Program-made: the position numbers and the translations under genes
Notes under the pieces: model-generated
Seen by the model: the letters and a program-made list of their open reading frames with translations, nothing else
Told to the model about the DNA's origin: nothing
Database searches by the model: none
Shown here: positions 8,905 through 17,901 of the stretch, in pieces
Position numbering within the stretch: position 1 is the first letter of the stretch
Layout: the number at the start of each line of letters is the position of its first letter
NCBI RefSeq assembly: GCF_030453185.1
Contig: NZ_JAKDKW010000003.1
Span: 4,375-68,374 of the forward strand
From: Yaniella sp.
GTDB taxonomy: Bacteria > Actinomycetota > Actinomycetes > Actinomycetales > Micrococcaceae
Reading direction: 5' to 3'
Length of the DNA stretch: 64,000 nt

Positions 8905-10011
8905 ATGGCTAAGCTCCAACTGACCGACGTCCAGCATGTGTACCCCAACGGTCATCGGGGACTGCGGGACATCAACTTGAGTATTGAACCGGGGGAGTTC
9001 ATCACGCTGGTCGGGCCCTCAGGGTCGGGGAAAACGACGCTGTTGCGTACCATCGCCGGATTCCTCCAGCCCAGCAACGGCATGGTGGATATCGGTGGTA
9101 CCCGGGTGGCCGATGACAAGTCCTGGGTTGGCCCCGAACGACGCGACCTTGGCATGGTGTTCCAAGAACATGCGGTGTGGCCACACCTCACAGTGTTCCA
9201 AAACGTGGCTTATCCGTTGCAACGCAAACGCGTAGCAAAAACAGCAATTACCCGGCAAGTTGCTGATGTCCTGGAAGAAGTCGGGTTGTCAGAGCATGCT
9301 CAGCAGAAACCCGCCGCACTGTCTGGCGGTCAGCGGCAACGTGTCGCACTGGCACGAGCAATCGTCTCGAAACCACAGGCACTACTCTTAGATGAGGCCC
9401 TGTCAGCGCTTGATGAACCGTTGCGTGCACGGCTGCGCCAACAACTGCGCCGTCTCACCCAGGATGAAGGCCTCACCACCGTTCATGTGACACACGATCG
9501 TACCGAGGCACTGGCGCTGGCAGACCGTGTGGTTGTGCTCAATGGCGGACGTATTGTCCAAGATGCACCGCCCGCCGAGATTCTTGCTAACCCGGCGAAT
9601 TCTTTTGTGGCCGCGTTCATGTCGGACGCGGCGGTGCTGCAGGGCTCCTGGGCAGCCGGGCGGTTCTATCCCGACAACAGAAACCTCCATATCGCTGACG
9701 ATGCTGTTGTGTCACATCCCGAGGAACAGACCTCAGCCGTCCGCTGCAGAACTACCGTAGCTCCGGAGGATATCCGGTTGGAAACGTTCCGTGGCAATGG
9801 ACCGGCCGATAGGACCGTCGGGACGGTGACGTCTGTGCTCGCTGGTAGATTTGGTACCGAAATCTCCGTCGACTGGGACGGCGGCACATTCGACGTCTAC
9901 GCGCCGGTCGGAGCACTGGTGCCCAAGACCTCAGATCGCGTGGTCATCCACATCGATCGGATGCATGTGTTTGAGGATTCTGCACTGACCGCCCATGGAG
10001 CATACGCCTAG
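8905..10011 (+). CDS. ABC transporter ATP-binding protein with C-terminal TOBE-like domain (FbpC/AfuC/PotA-like)
   Basis: Walker A GPSGSGKTT, signature LSGGQRQRVALARA, Walker B LLLDEALSALD and H-loop VTHD. 368 aa. Confidence 0.93.
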   Translation: MAKLQLTDVQHVYPNGHRGLRDINLSIEPGEFITLVGPSGSGKTTLLRTIAGFLQPSNGMVDIGGTRVADDKSWVGPERRDLGMVFQEHAVWPHLTVFQNVAYPLQRKRVAKTAITRQVADVLEEVGLSEHAQQKPAALSGGQRQRVALARAIVSKPQALLLDEALSALDEPLRARLRQQLRRLTQDEGLTTVHVTHDRTEALALADRVVVLNGGRIVQDAPPAEILANPANSFVAAFMSDAAVLQGSWAAGRFYPDNRNLHIADDAVVSHPEEQTSAVRCRTTVAPEDIRLETFRGNGPADRTVGTVTSVLAGRFGTEISVDWDGGTFDVYAPVGALVPKTSDRVVIHIDRMHVFEDSALTAHGAYA

Positions 10012-10631
10012 AACGTGATGCCGGCGTCGATCGCAGCTTGATAGGTATCCAGATCGGCCACCGCGGCGTCGGGCACATCAAGGACCCGATGCTCACAGGT
10101 TCGCAGCGTTTTCATGAGCCCCGCATTGATTACGGGTTTGGCAAATACTTGTTCAGCCAGCGGTCGGGGCACATACGATAATAACGGTTGGAGGCGTCCG
10201 GCCGCCTGGGTTATCGCCACACCCGCATGTGTTGCAGCATCGTGGTGGTCGAAAAGTTGTGTGAGCCCGTGGGCAATACGAGGCATATCGGCACCGAGCA
10301 GCAGCACCCCCTCCGCTACTGTTGCAGGTCCAAACTGTTGGGCAAAGTATTGCAGTCCCGTATATACACCCATATAGGGGCCTGATCGTGGCGGTTCCTC
10401 ATAGACCGTGGCAATATTGCCGGTCGGCAACGACTGGGGGCCGACTACGACGATGCGCTCGGGTACGACGCGAGCAGCTGCCGCTTCGATCACATGGGTG
10501 AGCACGGGCTTGCCCTGAAACCTCAGGAGGGGTTTATCGACCGTGGGCAGGGGACTGGTTGCATGGAGTCGCGAGGATGCGCCACCGGCCAAAATAATGG
10601 CGAAAAGGTTTGAATCTTCGGTGGCGACCAC
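10008..10631 (-). CDS. mobA: molybdenum cofactor guanylyltransferase
   Basis: N-terminal NTP_transf_3 motif AIILAGGASSRL. 207 aa, adjacent to moaA. Its stop shares the CTAG at 10008-10011 with the convergent ATPase gene. Confidence 0.8.
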   Translation of the reverse strand: MVATEDSNLFAIILAGGASSRLHATSPLPTVDKPLLRFQGKPVLTHVIEAAAARVVPERIVVVGPQSLPTGNIATVYEEPPRSGPYMGVYTGLQYFAQQFGPATVAEGVLLLGADMPRIAHGLTQLFDHHDAATHAGVAITQAAGRLQPLLSYVPRPLAEQVFAKPVINAGLMKTLRTCEHRVLDVPDAAVADLDTYQAAIDAGITF

Positions 10632-10634
10632 GAG

Positions 10635-11657
10635 CTAACCGCCGATGGCACTCATGCTGCGCTCTGGTTGTACAAAACCGGGCATGCCCAGCCCCGTCTT
10701 GGTTTGCCCGTGGGCTTTTGGTTTATGCCACATAGCCTGGCGCCAGGCATCAGCGATTGCTTGGTCCGACGAGCCATCACGCAATAAGTCCATCAGGTCG
10801 GTCTCGGTGTGGGAGAACAAACACGACCTGATCTTGGCGTCTGCGGTGATTCGGGTGCGCGTGCAATCAGCACAGAAGGGTTCCGTGACCGAAGCAATGA
10901 TGCCCACGGTACCGAGCACCTCGTTGGTGGTTGGGTCGATGACATTGAACCGTTCGGCCGGTGCAGAACCGCGGTCGTCTTCATGCGGACTCAACGTATA
11001 GGTTTGCGATATTTGATCGCGGATTTCAGCGGCCGTCACCATATTTGCTCGCTTCCAAGCGTGGTCAGCGTCCAACGGCATCTGTTCGATAAAGCGAAGT
11101 TTATAACCGTGCTCCAACGTCCAAGTCAGCAGCTCGGTAGCTTCATGATCATTAATGCCCCGGAGCAGTACCGCGTTGATTTTGATGGGGTCTAGGCCGG
11201 CCGCTTTCGCAGCATGCAGACCGGAGAGCACCTTGGTGAGTCGATCACGGCGCGTGATTTTGGCAAAGGTTTCGGGACACACGGTATCCAGCGACACGTT
11301 AATTCGCGATAACCCTGCAGCGACGAGCGCATCGATTTTGCGCTCGAGGTTGATGCCGTTGGTGGTCAGGGATAAGTCTACTTCCGGGTGGAGATCATGG
11401 ACGCCCTCGATAATATCGACGAGATCAGCACGGACAAGGGGTTCCCCGCCTGTGAAACGAATTTCTTCAACGCCCAGATGCCGGACGGCGATATCCGCGA
11501 GACGAATCGCCTCGTGTGCGGCAATCATGTCGTCTTTTTTCATCCAGTCCAGACCTTCGGCTGGCATACAGTATTGGCAACGCAGATTGCATTTGTCGAT
11601 TAAGGACATGCGAAGATCTGTGGCGGTGCGGCCAAATTGATCGATCAAGCCTGACAA
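10635..11657 (-). CDS. moaA: GTP 3',8-cyclase (radical SAM)
   Basis: CNLRCQYC radical-SAM cluster motif. The C-terminal second cluster is CADCTRTRITADAKIRSCLF and the protein ends in the GG tail. 340 aa. Confidence 0.95.
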   Translation of the reverse strand: MSGLIDQFGRTATDLRMSLIDKCNLRCQYCMPAEGLDWMKKDDMIAAHEAIRLADIAVRHLGVEEIRFTGGEPLVRADLVDIIEGVHDLHPEVDLSLTTNGINLERKIDALVAAGLSRINVSLDTVCPETFAKITRRDRLTKVLSGLHAAKAAGLDPIKINAVLLRGINDHEATELLTWTLEHGYKLRFIEQMPLDADHAWKRANMVTAAEIRDQISQTYTLSPHEDDRGSAPAERFNVIDPTTNEVLGTVGIIASVTEPFCADCTRTRITADAKIRSCLFSHTETDLMDLLRDGSSDQAIADAWRQAMWHKPKAHGQTKTGLGMPGFVQPERSMSAIGG

Positions 11658-11773
11658 TGAGTGCTCCTTGCCATCGCGACGAATGTAGCGATTGCGTGGA
11701 ATGTTGGGACGAGTACGCTGTGTTTCGAATTATAGTTAGTCTAGACCCTCTGATATGTGGATGAAAGGGACCG

Positions 11774-12271
11774 ATGGAGCAGCAACTCAGCCACGTCCGC
11801 GCCGATGGCTCGGCGCATATGGTGGATGTGACGACAAAAGGTACAACCTCAAGAACCTCTCGAGCCCAAGCTATTGTCCATACTCGCGGTGACGTGGTGG
11901 AAATGATCATGGATGCTGATCTCCCGAAGGGTGATGCTTTGCCGGTAGCTCGGGTTGCCGGAATCATGGCCGCTAAGAAAACCTGGGAAACCATCCCGCT
12001 GTGTCACCCCATCCCGCTAGGCAAGATCACTGTGGACTTTGAATCCGACGTTGCCAAGGGCACGCTTCGGGTGACCACGCTGGTCAAAACAGTGGGTGTC
12101 ACCGGCGTGGAAATGGAAGCCCTGTCAGCGGCATCGACCGCGGCTTTGACCGTCTACGACATGATCAAGGCCGTTGATGCTCAAGCGGTGATCTCAGATA
12201 TAAGGGTCCTGGAAAAAACCGGCGGGAAATCCGGTGACTGGACTGTCGAAAGCACTGGGGACTCTGCATGA
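11774..12271 (+). CDS. moaC: cyclic pyranopterin monophosphate synthase
   Basis: LSHVRADGSAHMVDVTTK..., IPLCHPIPL and VTGVEMEALSAAS are MoaC hallmarks. ATGA overlap with the next gene. Confidence 0.93.
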   Translation: MEQQLSHVRADGSAHMVDVTTKGTTSRTSRAQAIVHTRGDVVEMIMDADLPKGDALPVARVAGIMAAKKTWETIPLCHPIPLGKITVDFESDVAKGTLRVTTLVKTVGVTGVEMEALSAASTAALTVYDMIKAVDAQAVISDIRVLEKTGGKSGDWTVESTGDSA

Positions 12272-14073
12272 CCATGTCCTCGGAAAGTTATGCAGCCAGC
12301 CTCGCTCAGCTTTTGACCGATACAGTCGGTCAACTCCCGGTCACCACGGTGCCCCTTACCCGCGCTGTCGGGCGACAGCTGGCAGCAGATCTGGTCACGC
12401 AGCATCCATCACCACGGTTCGACAATTCCCAAATGGACGGTTACGGAATAGGTTATGCCAACCTGGCTGGCGGTCGCTTCCGTGTCGGTCCCGATGTACC
12501 AGCCGGCACTGATCCAGCTGAGATCTACCACTACGGTGTTAACGGCTATGGCCATGACACAGCGGTCCCAATTATGACCGGGGCAAAAATTCCCGACGAC
12601 GTCGTGGCGATCATCCCGGTAGAACAGGCTGAACCTGCCGCCTTCGTTGACGTTGGCGACTACGTATACCTACCGTCCGTGGACGTCGGACGTTTCATCC
12701 GCAAAACGGGCAGTGACATGCAGGCCGGCACGCTGCTGGCTAGCGAAGGCGCCGTCATCGACGCCGCGTTGGTCGCAACGGCCGCGTCCCAAGGAATAGC
12801 CGAACTTCCCGTGCGAGCGCGCCCACGCATCGGTGTCATCGCCGGTGGTGACGAAGTGGTCAGCAGCAACACACCAGCGGCAGCAAAAATTTTTGACGCC
12901 AACACCCCGTTGGTCCGTAGCCTGGCGCAAACCCACGGCCTAGACATCGTGGCAACCGGCGCCACTACTGACGACCTGCGCGATTTCCGCAGCGTCTTGG
13001 ACGGCATCATCCGGGACCACAACCCGGATCTCATTCTGACCTCCGGTGGCATTTCGGAGGGCAAATACGAGGTGGTACGACAACTCTTAGAACGTCTCGA
13101 TACCTCCTGGGTTGGTAAAATACATCAGCAACCCGGTGGGCCGCAGGGTTACGGAGTATATGGCTCTACCCCGATCATTGCGGTTCCCGGTAATCCCGTT
13201 TCGACGCTGGTGTCGATGCGCATCTTGGTGCTGCCCGCTATTTGGCAAGCCTTTGAGGTAGGCACCCGACCGGTCAAGATTCAAGCTCGGATCAATAGTT
13301 CGGTCACCGGTATCCAGGGCAAAACGCAGTACCGGCGGGCCGTAGTTGGCTTGCATGGTACAGAGGTTATTGCCCAACTCCAGGGCGCTGCAGGATCGCA
13401 TCTTTTGGCTCAAGCCGTTGGGGCCAACGCGCTACTAGAAATCCCGCCGATGGCACGGATACAGCCGGGCCAGCCGGTGACGGCGCATCTTTTCGCTGAT
13501 ACGAATTGGGATGCCCGAATTGACCCGGTCCCTGCCGTCACTTCAGCGCAGCTAGAGACGCACGTACCTGATAGTCATCCAGGCGAACATCGTCGAGCAT
13601 TGGTAATTGTTGCTTCGACTCGTGCCGCCGCCGGAGTCTATGAGGACGACGCTGGGCCACAACTGGTCGAATGGTTAGAGTCCAAGGGCTATGACACGCA
13701 GCAGGCGCTCGTGGTGGCGGATCATGAATTGGCGACAACCATGGAAAAAGTCGTCGCGGGTGACTACGGTCCGCTCCCAGACGTCTTGATCACTAGCGGC
13801 GGAACTGGAGTTTCCCCTACCGATCAAACGGTGGAGGTCATCAGCGAGTATATTGATCAGCCGATGCCCAATGTGATGACATCGGTGCTTCTGGAAGGAC
13901 TGAAATCCACGCCCAGCGCGGCACTTTCACGTGGTATTGCAGGGCTGATCGGCACCACGTTTGTGGTGACGCTGCCCGGATCTCTTGGGGGAGTGGCCGA
14001 TGGCATCAGTGTCCTCGACGAACTCATTGATCACATTGTGGAGCAAGTTCGTGGGAAAGATCACAGCCGCTAA
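12268..14073 (+). CDS. moeA: fused molybdopterin molybdenumtransferase MoeA (N-terminal, about 400 aa) and MoaB/MogA-type MPT adenylyltransferase domain (C-terminal, about 160 aa)
   Basis: MoeA motifs are SPRFDNSQMDGYG and TSGGISEGKYEVV. After a linker, the MoaB/Mog domain carries ALVIVASTRAA... and ITSGGTGVSPTDQT. 601 aa in one uninterrupted ORF. Confidence 0.88.
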   Translation: MTMSSESYAASLAQLLTDTVGQLPVTTVPLTRAVGRQLAADLVTQHPSPRFDNSQMDGYGIGYANLAGGRFRVGPDVPAGTDPAEIYHYGVNGYGHDTAVPIMTGAKIPDDVVAIIPVEQAEPAAFVDVGDYVYLPSVDVGRFIRKTGSDMQAGTLLASEGAVIDAALVATAASQGIAELPVRARPRIGVIAGGDEVVSSNTPAAAKIFDANTPLVRSLAQTHGLDIVATGATTDDLRDFRSVLDGIIRDHNPDLILTSGGISEGKYEVVRQLLERLDTSWVGKIHQQPGGPQGYGVYGSTPIIAVPGNPVSTLVSMRILVLPAIWQAFEVGTRPVKIQARINSSVTGIQGKTQYRRAVVGLHGTEVIAQLQGAAGSHLLAQAVGANALLEIPPMARIQPGQPVTAHLFADTNWDARIDPVPAVTSAQLETHVPDSHPGEHRRALVIVASTRAAAGVYEDDAGPQLVEWLESKGYDTQQALVVADHELATTMEKVVAGDYGPLPDVLITSGGTGVSPTDQTVEVISEYIDQPMPNVMTSVLLEGLKSTPSAALSRGIAGLIGTTFVVTLPGSLGGVADGISVLDELIDHIVEQVRGKDHSR

Positions 14074-14103
14074 GCGATATTTGTCATAGGCGTCTGAAAG
14101 TAC

Positions 14104-14133
14104 TGGACAAACAGGCTCACGTCAAGCTAAACT
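14104..14133 (+). promoter_or_regulatory. candidate promoter for rpoBC (TGGACA-N18-TAAACT)
   Basis: This is a motif match only. It lies about 200 nt upstream of the rpoB start, in the 267-nt spacer after moeA. Confidence 0.25.
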
Positions 14134-14340
14134 GATTCTTTGCGTATCCCTGTCTCCAGGTCGTTTTGGTGTCGTTCGCTTCGTATGTTGTCGAATGACT
14201 CCATCTCCACAGGATCATACACAAGGCCGGTCGACCTTCATATAGCGGTGGGTCCCGTGTCTTAGGAAATGTGGCTACTTGAGAGAACGTACAGGCACTG
14301 CGTGCAGATAAATCTTGGAAGGTCTGTGAAAGGATCGCTG

Positions 14341-17300
14341 TTGGTCGCTTCTAGCACCTCTGACAACACAACCGCTACAAACTATCGACATGGCTCTTCG
14401 TCCGGTCGTATTTCTTTTGCAAAGATTAGTGAGCCACTGGAAATCCCTAATCTACTTGCTCTGCAGACGGAGTCATTTGACCGTCTGGTAGGCAACGAGC
14501 GTTGGGCCGCACAGGTCGCACACGCAAAAGAAATCGGCGACGATTCGGTCGTCACCACGTCGGGTCTGGGTGAGATTTTTGAAGAAATCTCGCCGATCGA
14601 GGACTACCAGGGCACCATGGCCCTCTCGTTTACTGACCCGGAATTCTCAGACCCCAAGATGGGTGCTGAGGAAGCAAAAGAGCGTGACGCGTCTTATGCT
14701 GCACCGCTGTATGTTAAAGCCGAGTTCATGAACTACAACACCGGCGAAATTAAACAGCAGACCGTCTTCATGGGTGACTTCCCGCTGATGACTGACGAAG
14801 GAACCTTCGTCATCAACGGTACTGAACGTGTCGTCGTATCGCAGTTGGTCCGTTCCCCGGGCGCCTACTTTGAGCGCACCCCGGATAAGACTACTGATAA
14901 AGACATTTACACCGCGCGCATCATCCCATCACGTGGTGCCTGGTTCGAGCTGGAAATTGACCGCCGTGACCAGGTGTCAGTACGCCTGGACCGTCGTCGT
15001 AAACAACCAGTTACCGTGCTGTTGAAGGCGCTGGGCTGGACCGAAGCTCGCATTCGCGAAGAATTCGGCAACTATGACTCCATGATGCTCACCCTGGAAA
15101 AAGATGGCATTACCGACCAGGCGGAAGCACTCAAGGACATCTACCGCAAGCTTCGCCCGGGTGAACCAGTTTCGGTTGACGCCGCGCAAAACCTGCTCGC
15201 TAACCTCTACTTCACCGAGCGCCGTTACGACCTGGCTAAAGTCGGCCGGTACAAGCTCAATCGCAAACTCGGTGTTAATGCGCCACTGTCGGATCCATCG
15301 TCGATGGTACTCACCGAAGAGGACGTCACCCAGATGGTGCACTTCATTGCTGCACTGCACAACGGTGGCTCCAGCATCAAGGGTGACCGCAAGGGCGAAA
15401 TTGTTGATATTCCAGTGGAAGTCGATGACATCGACCACTTCGGTAACCGTCGTATCCGTGCAGTCGGTGAACTGATTGAAAACCAGATTCGCACCGGTCT
15501 ATCTCGTATGGAGCGCGTGGTCCGCGAACGCATGACCACTCAGGATGTCGAAGCCATCACCCCGCAGACGCTGATTAACATCCGTCCGGTGGTAGCCGCG
15601 ATCCGCGAGTTCTTCGGAACTTCGCAGCTGTCACAGTTCATGGACCAGGGCAACCCGCTAGCCGGCCTGACCCACAAGCGCCGTCTCTCGGCTCTTGGAC
15701 CAGGTGGTCTGTCTCGTGACCGCGCAGGTATGGAAGTCCGCGACGTTCACCCATCGCACTATGGACGTATGTGTCCAATTGAAACACCGGAAGGCCCAAA
15801 CATTGGCTTGATCGGTTCAATGGCTACTTACGGCCGCATCAACGAGTTCGGTTTTATTGAAACTCCGTACCGCAAAGTCATTGACAATAAAGTCAGCGAC
15901 GTCGTTGAATACCTCACCGCTGATGACGAGCTGCATGTGCAGATCGCTCAGGCCAATGCGGTACTGAACGAAGACGGCTCCTTCGCTGAAGAACTCGTCA
16001 TGTCTCGTCAGCGCGGCGGTGACGGTGAGCCTATCCTCGCCGAACCGACCGACGTTGACTATATGGACGTTTCGCCACGCCAGATGGTTTCCGCTGCAAC
16101 TGCGCTGATTCCATTCCTGGAACATGACGATGCCAACCGTGCGCTCATGGGCGCCAATATGCAGCGTCAGGCTGTCCCGCTCGTGGAAGCCGAGGCGCCA
16201 CTGGTTGGTACCGGGATGGAAAAACCAATCGCCATTGACGCCGGAGATTCGACCATTGCGCTGAAACCAGGTGTAGTAACCGAGGTTGCTGCAGACTTGG
16301 TAACCGTCATGGAAGACGAGGGCACCACCCGCCACTATCCGCTCTACAAATTCCAGCGTTCCAACCAGGGCAACGCGTACAACCAGGTTGTTCGTGTTTC
16401 CGAAGGTGAGCGTGTCGAATACGGTGCGGTACTGGCTGACGGTCCATCCACTGACAACGGTGAATTGGCTCTTGGCAAGAACATTCTCGTGGCCTTCATG
16501 CCGTGGGAAGGTCTGAACTTCGAAGACGCTATCATCGTTTCCCAGCGGATGGTCTCCGACGACGTCCTGACTTCAATTCATATTGAAGAGTACGAAGTCG
16601 ATGCACGTGACACCAAATTGGGTGCCGAAGAAGTCACTCGTGACATTCCAAACGTCTCTGATGAAGTACTGTCTCAGCTCGATGAACGAGGCATCATCCA
16701 CATTGGTGCCGAAGTTGAAGCCGGGGACATCCTGGTCGGCCGTGTCACCCCGAAGGGTGAGACGGAACTGACACCGGAAGAGCGCCTGTTGCGCGCCATC
16801 TTCGGTGAAAAGTCCAAGGAAGTCCGTGACACCTCGCTGAAGGTGCCACACGGTGAATCCGGAACCGTTATCGGTGTACGTATCTTTGACCGCGACGAAG
16901 ACGACGATCTACCAGCAGGCGTAAACCAGTTGGTCCGTGTCTACGTTGCACAGAAACGTAAGATTACCGACGGTGACAAGATGGCCGGTCGTCACGGTAA
17001 CAAGGGTGTTATCGCCAAGATTCTCCCTGTTGAAGACATGCCATTCATGGAAGACGGTACTCCTGTCGACATGATCCTGAACCCACTGGGTGTACCAGGA
17101 CGTATGAACCTGGGCCAGGTTATGGAACTGCACCTCGGCTGGGCCGCCGCCAACGGCTGGAAGATCGAAGGCGAACCAGACTTCCTCAAGAAGCTGCCGA
17201 ACCTGCCACGCGAAACCGGACCGGTCAATGTGGCCACCCCGGTCTTCGACGGTGCAGAAGCTGAAGAAGTCACCGGTCTACTCGACCACGTCCACCCAAC

Positions 17301-17847
17301 ACGCGATGGTGTTCGTCTGGTTGGAAGCAATGGTAAGGCACGACTGCACGACGGTCGCTCTGGCGAACCATTCCCAGAAGAGATCTCCATCGGCTACATG
17401 TACATGCTGAAACTGCACCACTTGGTCGACGATAAGATTCACGCACGTTCGACCGGACCGTACTCGATGATTACCCAGCAGCCGCTGGGTGGTAAAGCAC
17501 AGTTCGGTGGTCAGCGCTTTGGTGAAATGGAAGTTTGGGCACTGGAAGCATATGGTGCCGCATACACCCTGCAGGAACTGCTCACACACAAATCTGACGA
17601 CGTTCACGGCCGCGTAAAGGTCTATGAAGCGATCGTCAAGGGCGAGAATGTTCCGGAGCCAGGTGTTCCAGAATCATTCAAGGTATTGATCAAAGAAATG
17701 CAGTCGCTCTGCCTGAACGTGGAAGTCCTTTCCGCCGACGGCCGCAACATAGAAATGCGTGACTCGGATGAAGATTCATTCCGTGCTGCTGAAGAACTAG
17801 GCATCGATCTCTCCCGCGCTGAACCCAGCTCGGTAGAAGAAGTCTAA
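14341..17847 (+). CDS. rpoB: DNA-directed RNA polymerase subunit beta
   Basis: Unmistakable RpoB sequence (...[24 protein letters not shown]...[13 protein letters not shown]...). I place the start at TTG 14341 (LVASSTS...), which has GAAAGGA 6 nt upstream. The ORF-track start at 14269 is probably an over-extension. Confidence 0.95.
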   Translation: MVASSTSDNTTATNYRHGSSSGRISFAKISEPLEIPNLLALQTESFDRLVGNERWAAQVAHAKEIGDDSVVTTSGLGEIFEEISPIEDYQGTMALSFTDPEFSDPKMGAEEAKERDASYAAPLYVKAEFMNYNTGEIKQQTVFMGDFPLMTDEGTFVINGTERVVVSQLVRSPGAYFERTPDKTTDKDIYTARIIPSRGAWFELEIDRRDQVSVRLDRRRKQPVTVLLKALGWTEARIREEFGNYDSMMLTLEKDGITDQAEALKDIYRKLRPGEPVSVDAAQNLLANLYFTERRYDLAKVGRYKLNRKLGVNAPLSDPSSMVLTEEDVTQMVHFIAALHNGGSSIKGDRKGEIVDIPVEVDDIDHFGNRRIRAVGELIENQIRTGLSRMERVVRERMTTQDVEAITPQTLINIRPVVAAIREFFGTSQLSQFMDQGNPLAGLTHKRRLSALGPGGLSRDRAGMEVRDVHPSHYGRMCPIETPEGPNIGLIGSMATYGRINEFGFIETPYRKVIDNKVSDVVEYLTADDELHVQIAQANAVLNEDGSFAEELVMSRQRGGDGEPILAEPTDVDYMDVSPRQMVSAATALIPFLEHDDANRALMGANMQRQAVPLVEAEAPLVGTGMEKPIAIDAGDSTIALKPGVVTEVAADLVTVMEDEGTTRHYPLYKFQRSNQGNAYNQVVRVSEGERVEYGAVLADGPSTDNGELALGKNILVAFMPWEGLNFEDAIIVSQRMVSDDVLTSIHIEEYEVDARDTKLGAEEVTRDIPNVSDEVLSQLDERGIIHIGAEVEAGDILVGRVTPKGETELTPEERLLRAIFGEKSKEVRDTSLKVPHGESGTVIGVRIFDRDEDDDLPAGVNQLVRVYVAQKRKITDGDKMAGRHGNKGVIAKILPVEDMPFMEDGTPVDMILNPLGVPGRMNLGQVMELHLGWAAANGWKIEGEPDFLKKLPNLPRETGPVNVATPVFDGAEAEEVTGLLDHVHPTRDGVRLVGSNGKARLHDGRSGEPFPEEISIGYMYMLKLHHLVDDKIHARSTGPYSMITQQPLGGKAQFGGQRFGEMEVWALEAYGAAYTLQELLTHKSDDVHGRVKVYEAIVKGENVPEPGVPESFKVLIKEMQSLCLNVEVLSADGRNIEMRDSDEDSFRAAEELGIDLSRAEPSSVEEV

Positions 17848-17901
17848 GTTCACAACACCAAATAGTCTTTATCCACTTAAGAACCAGGAGTTCATCGGAC
17901 T

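Noticed and set aside
8159-8923. 254-aa + strand ORF in an alternative frame of the ABC permease
   Set aside because: The permease frame gives clean TM helices and EAA loops. The alternative frame is an Arg/Gly/Cys-rich product typical of off-frame GC-rich sequence.
11658-11773. Possible Moco riboswitch in the moaA/moaC divergent region
   Set aside because: The spacer is only 116 nt and must hold two divergent promoters. That is too short for the ~130-150-nt Moco RNA motif, and I could not see its conserved stems.
11467-11994. 175-aa minus-strand ORF spanning the moaA 5' end, the divergent promoter region and the moaC 5' end
   Set aside because: It overlaps two well-supported genes on both strands and crosses their intergenic promoter region. 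I recognise no motifs.
14269-14340. N-terminal 24 codons of the ORF-track rpoB entry ([24 protein letters not shown])
   Set aside because: This stretch does not resemble actinobacterial RpoB N-termini, which begin near LVASST.... The TTG at 14341 has a better-spaced SD. I treat it as 5' UTR.
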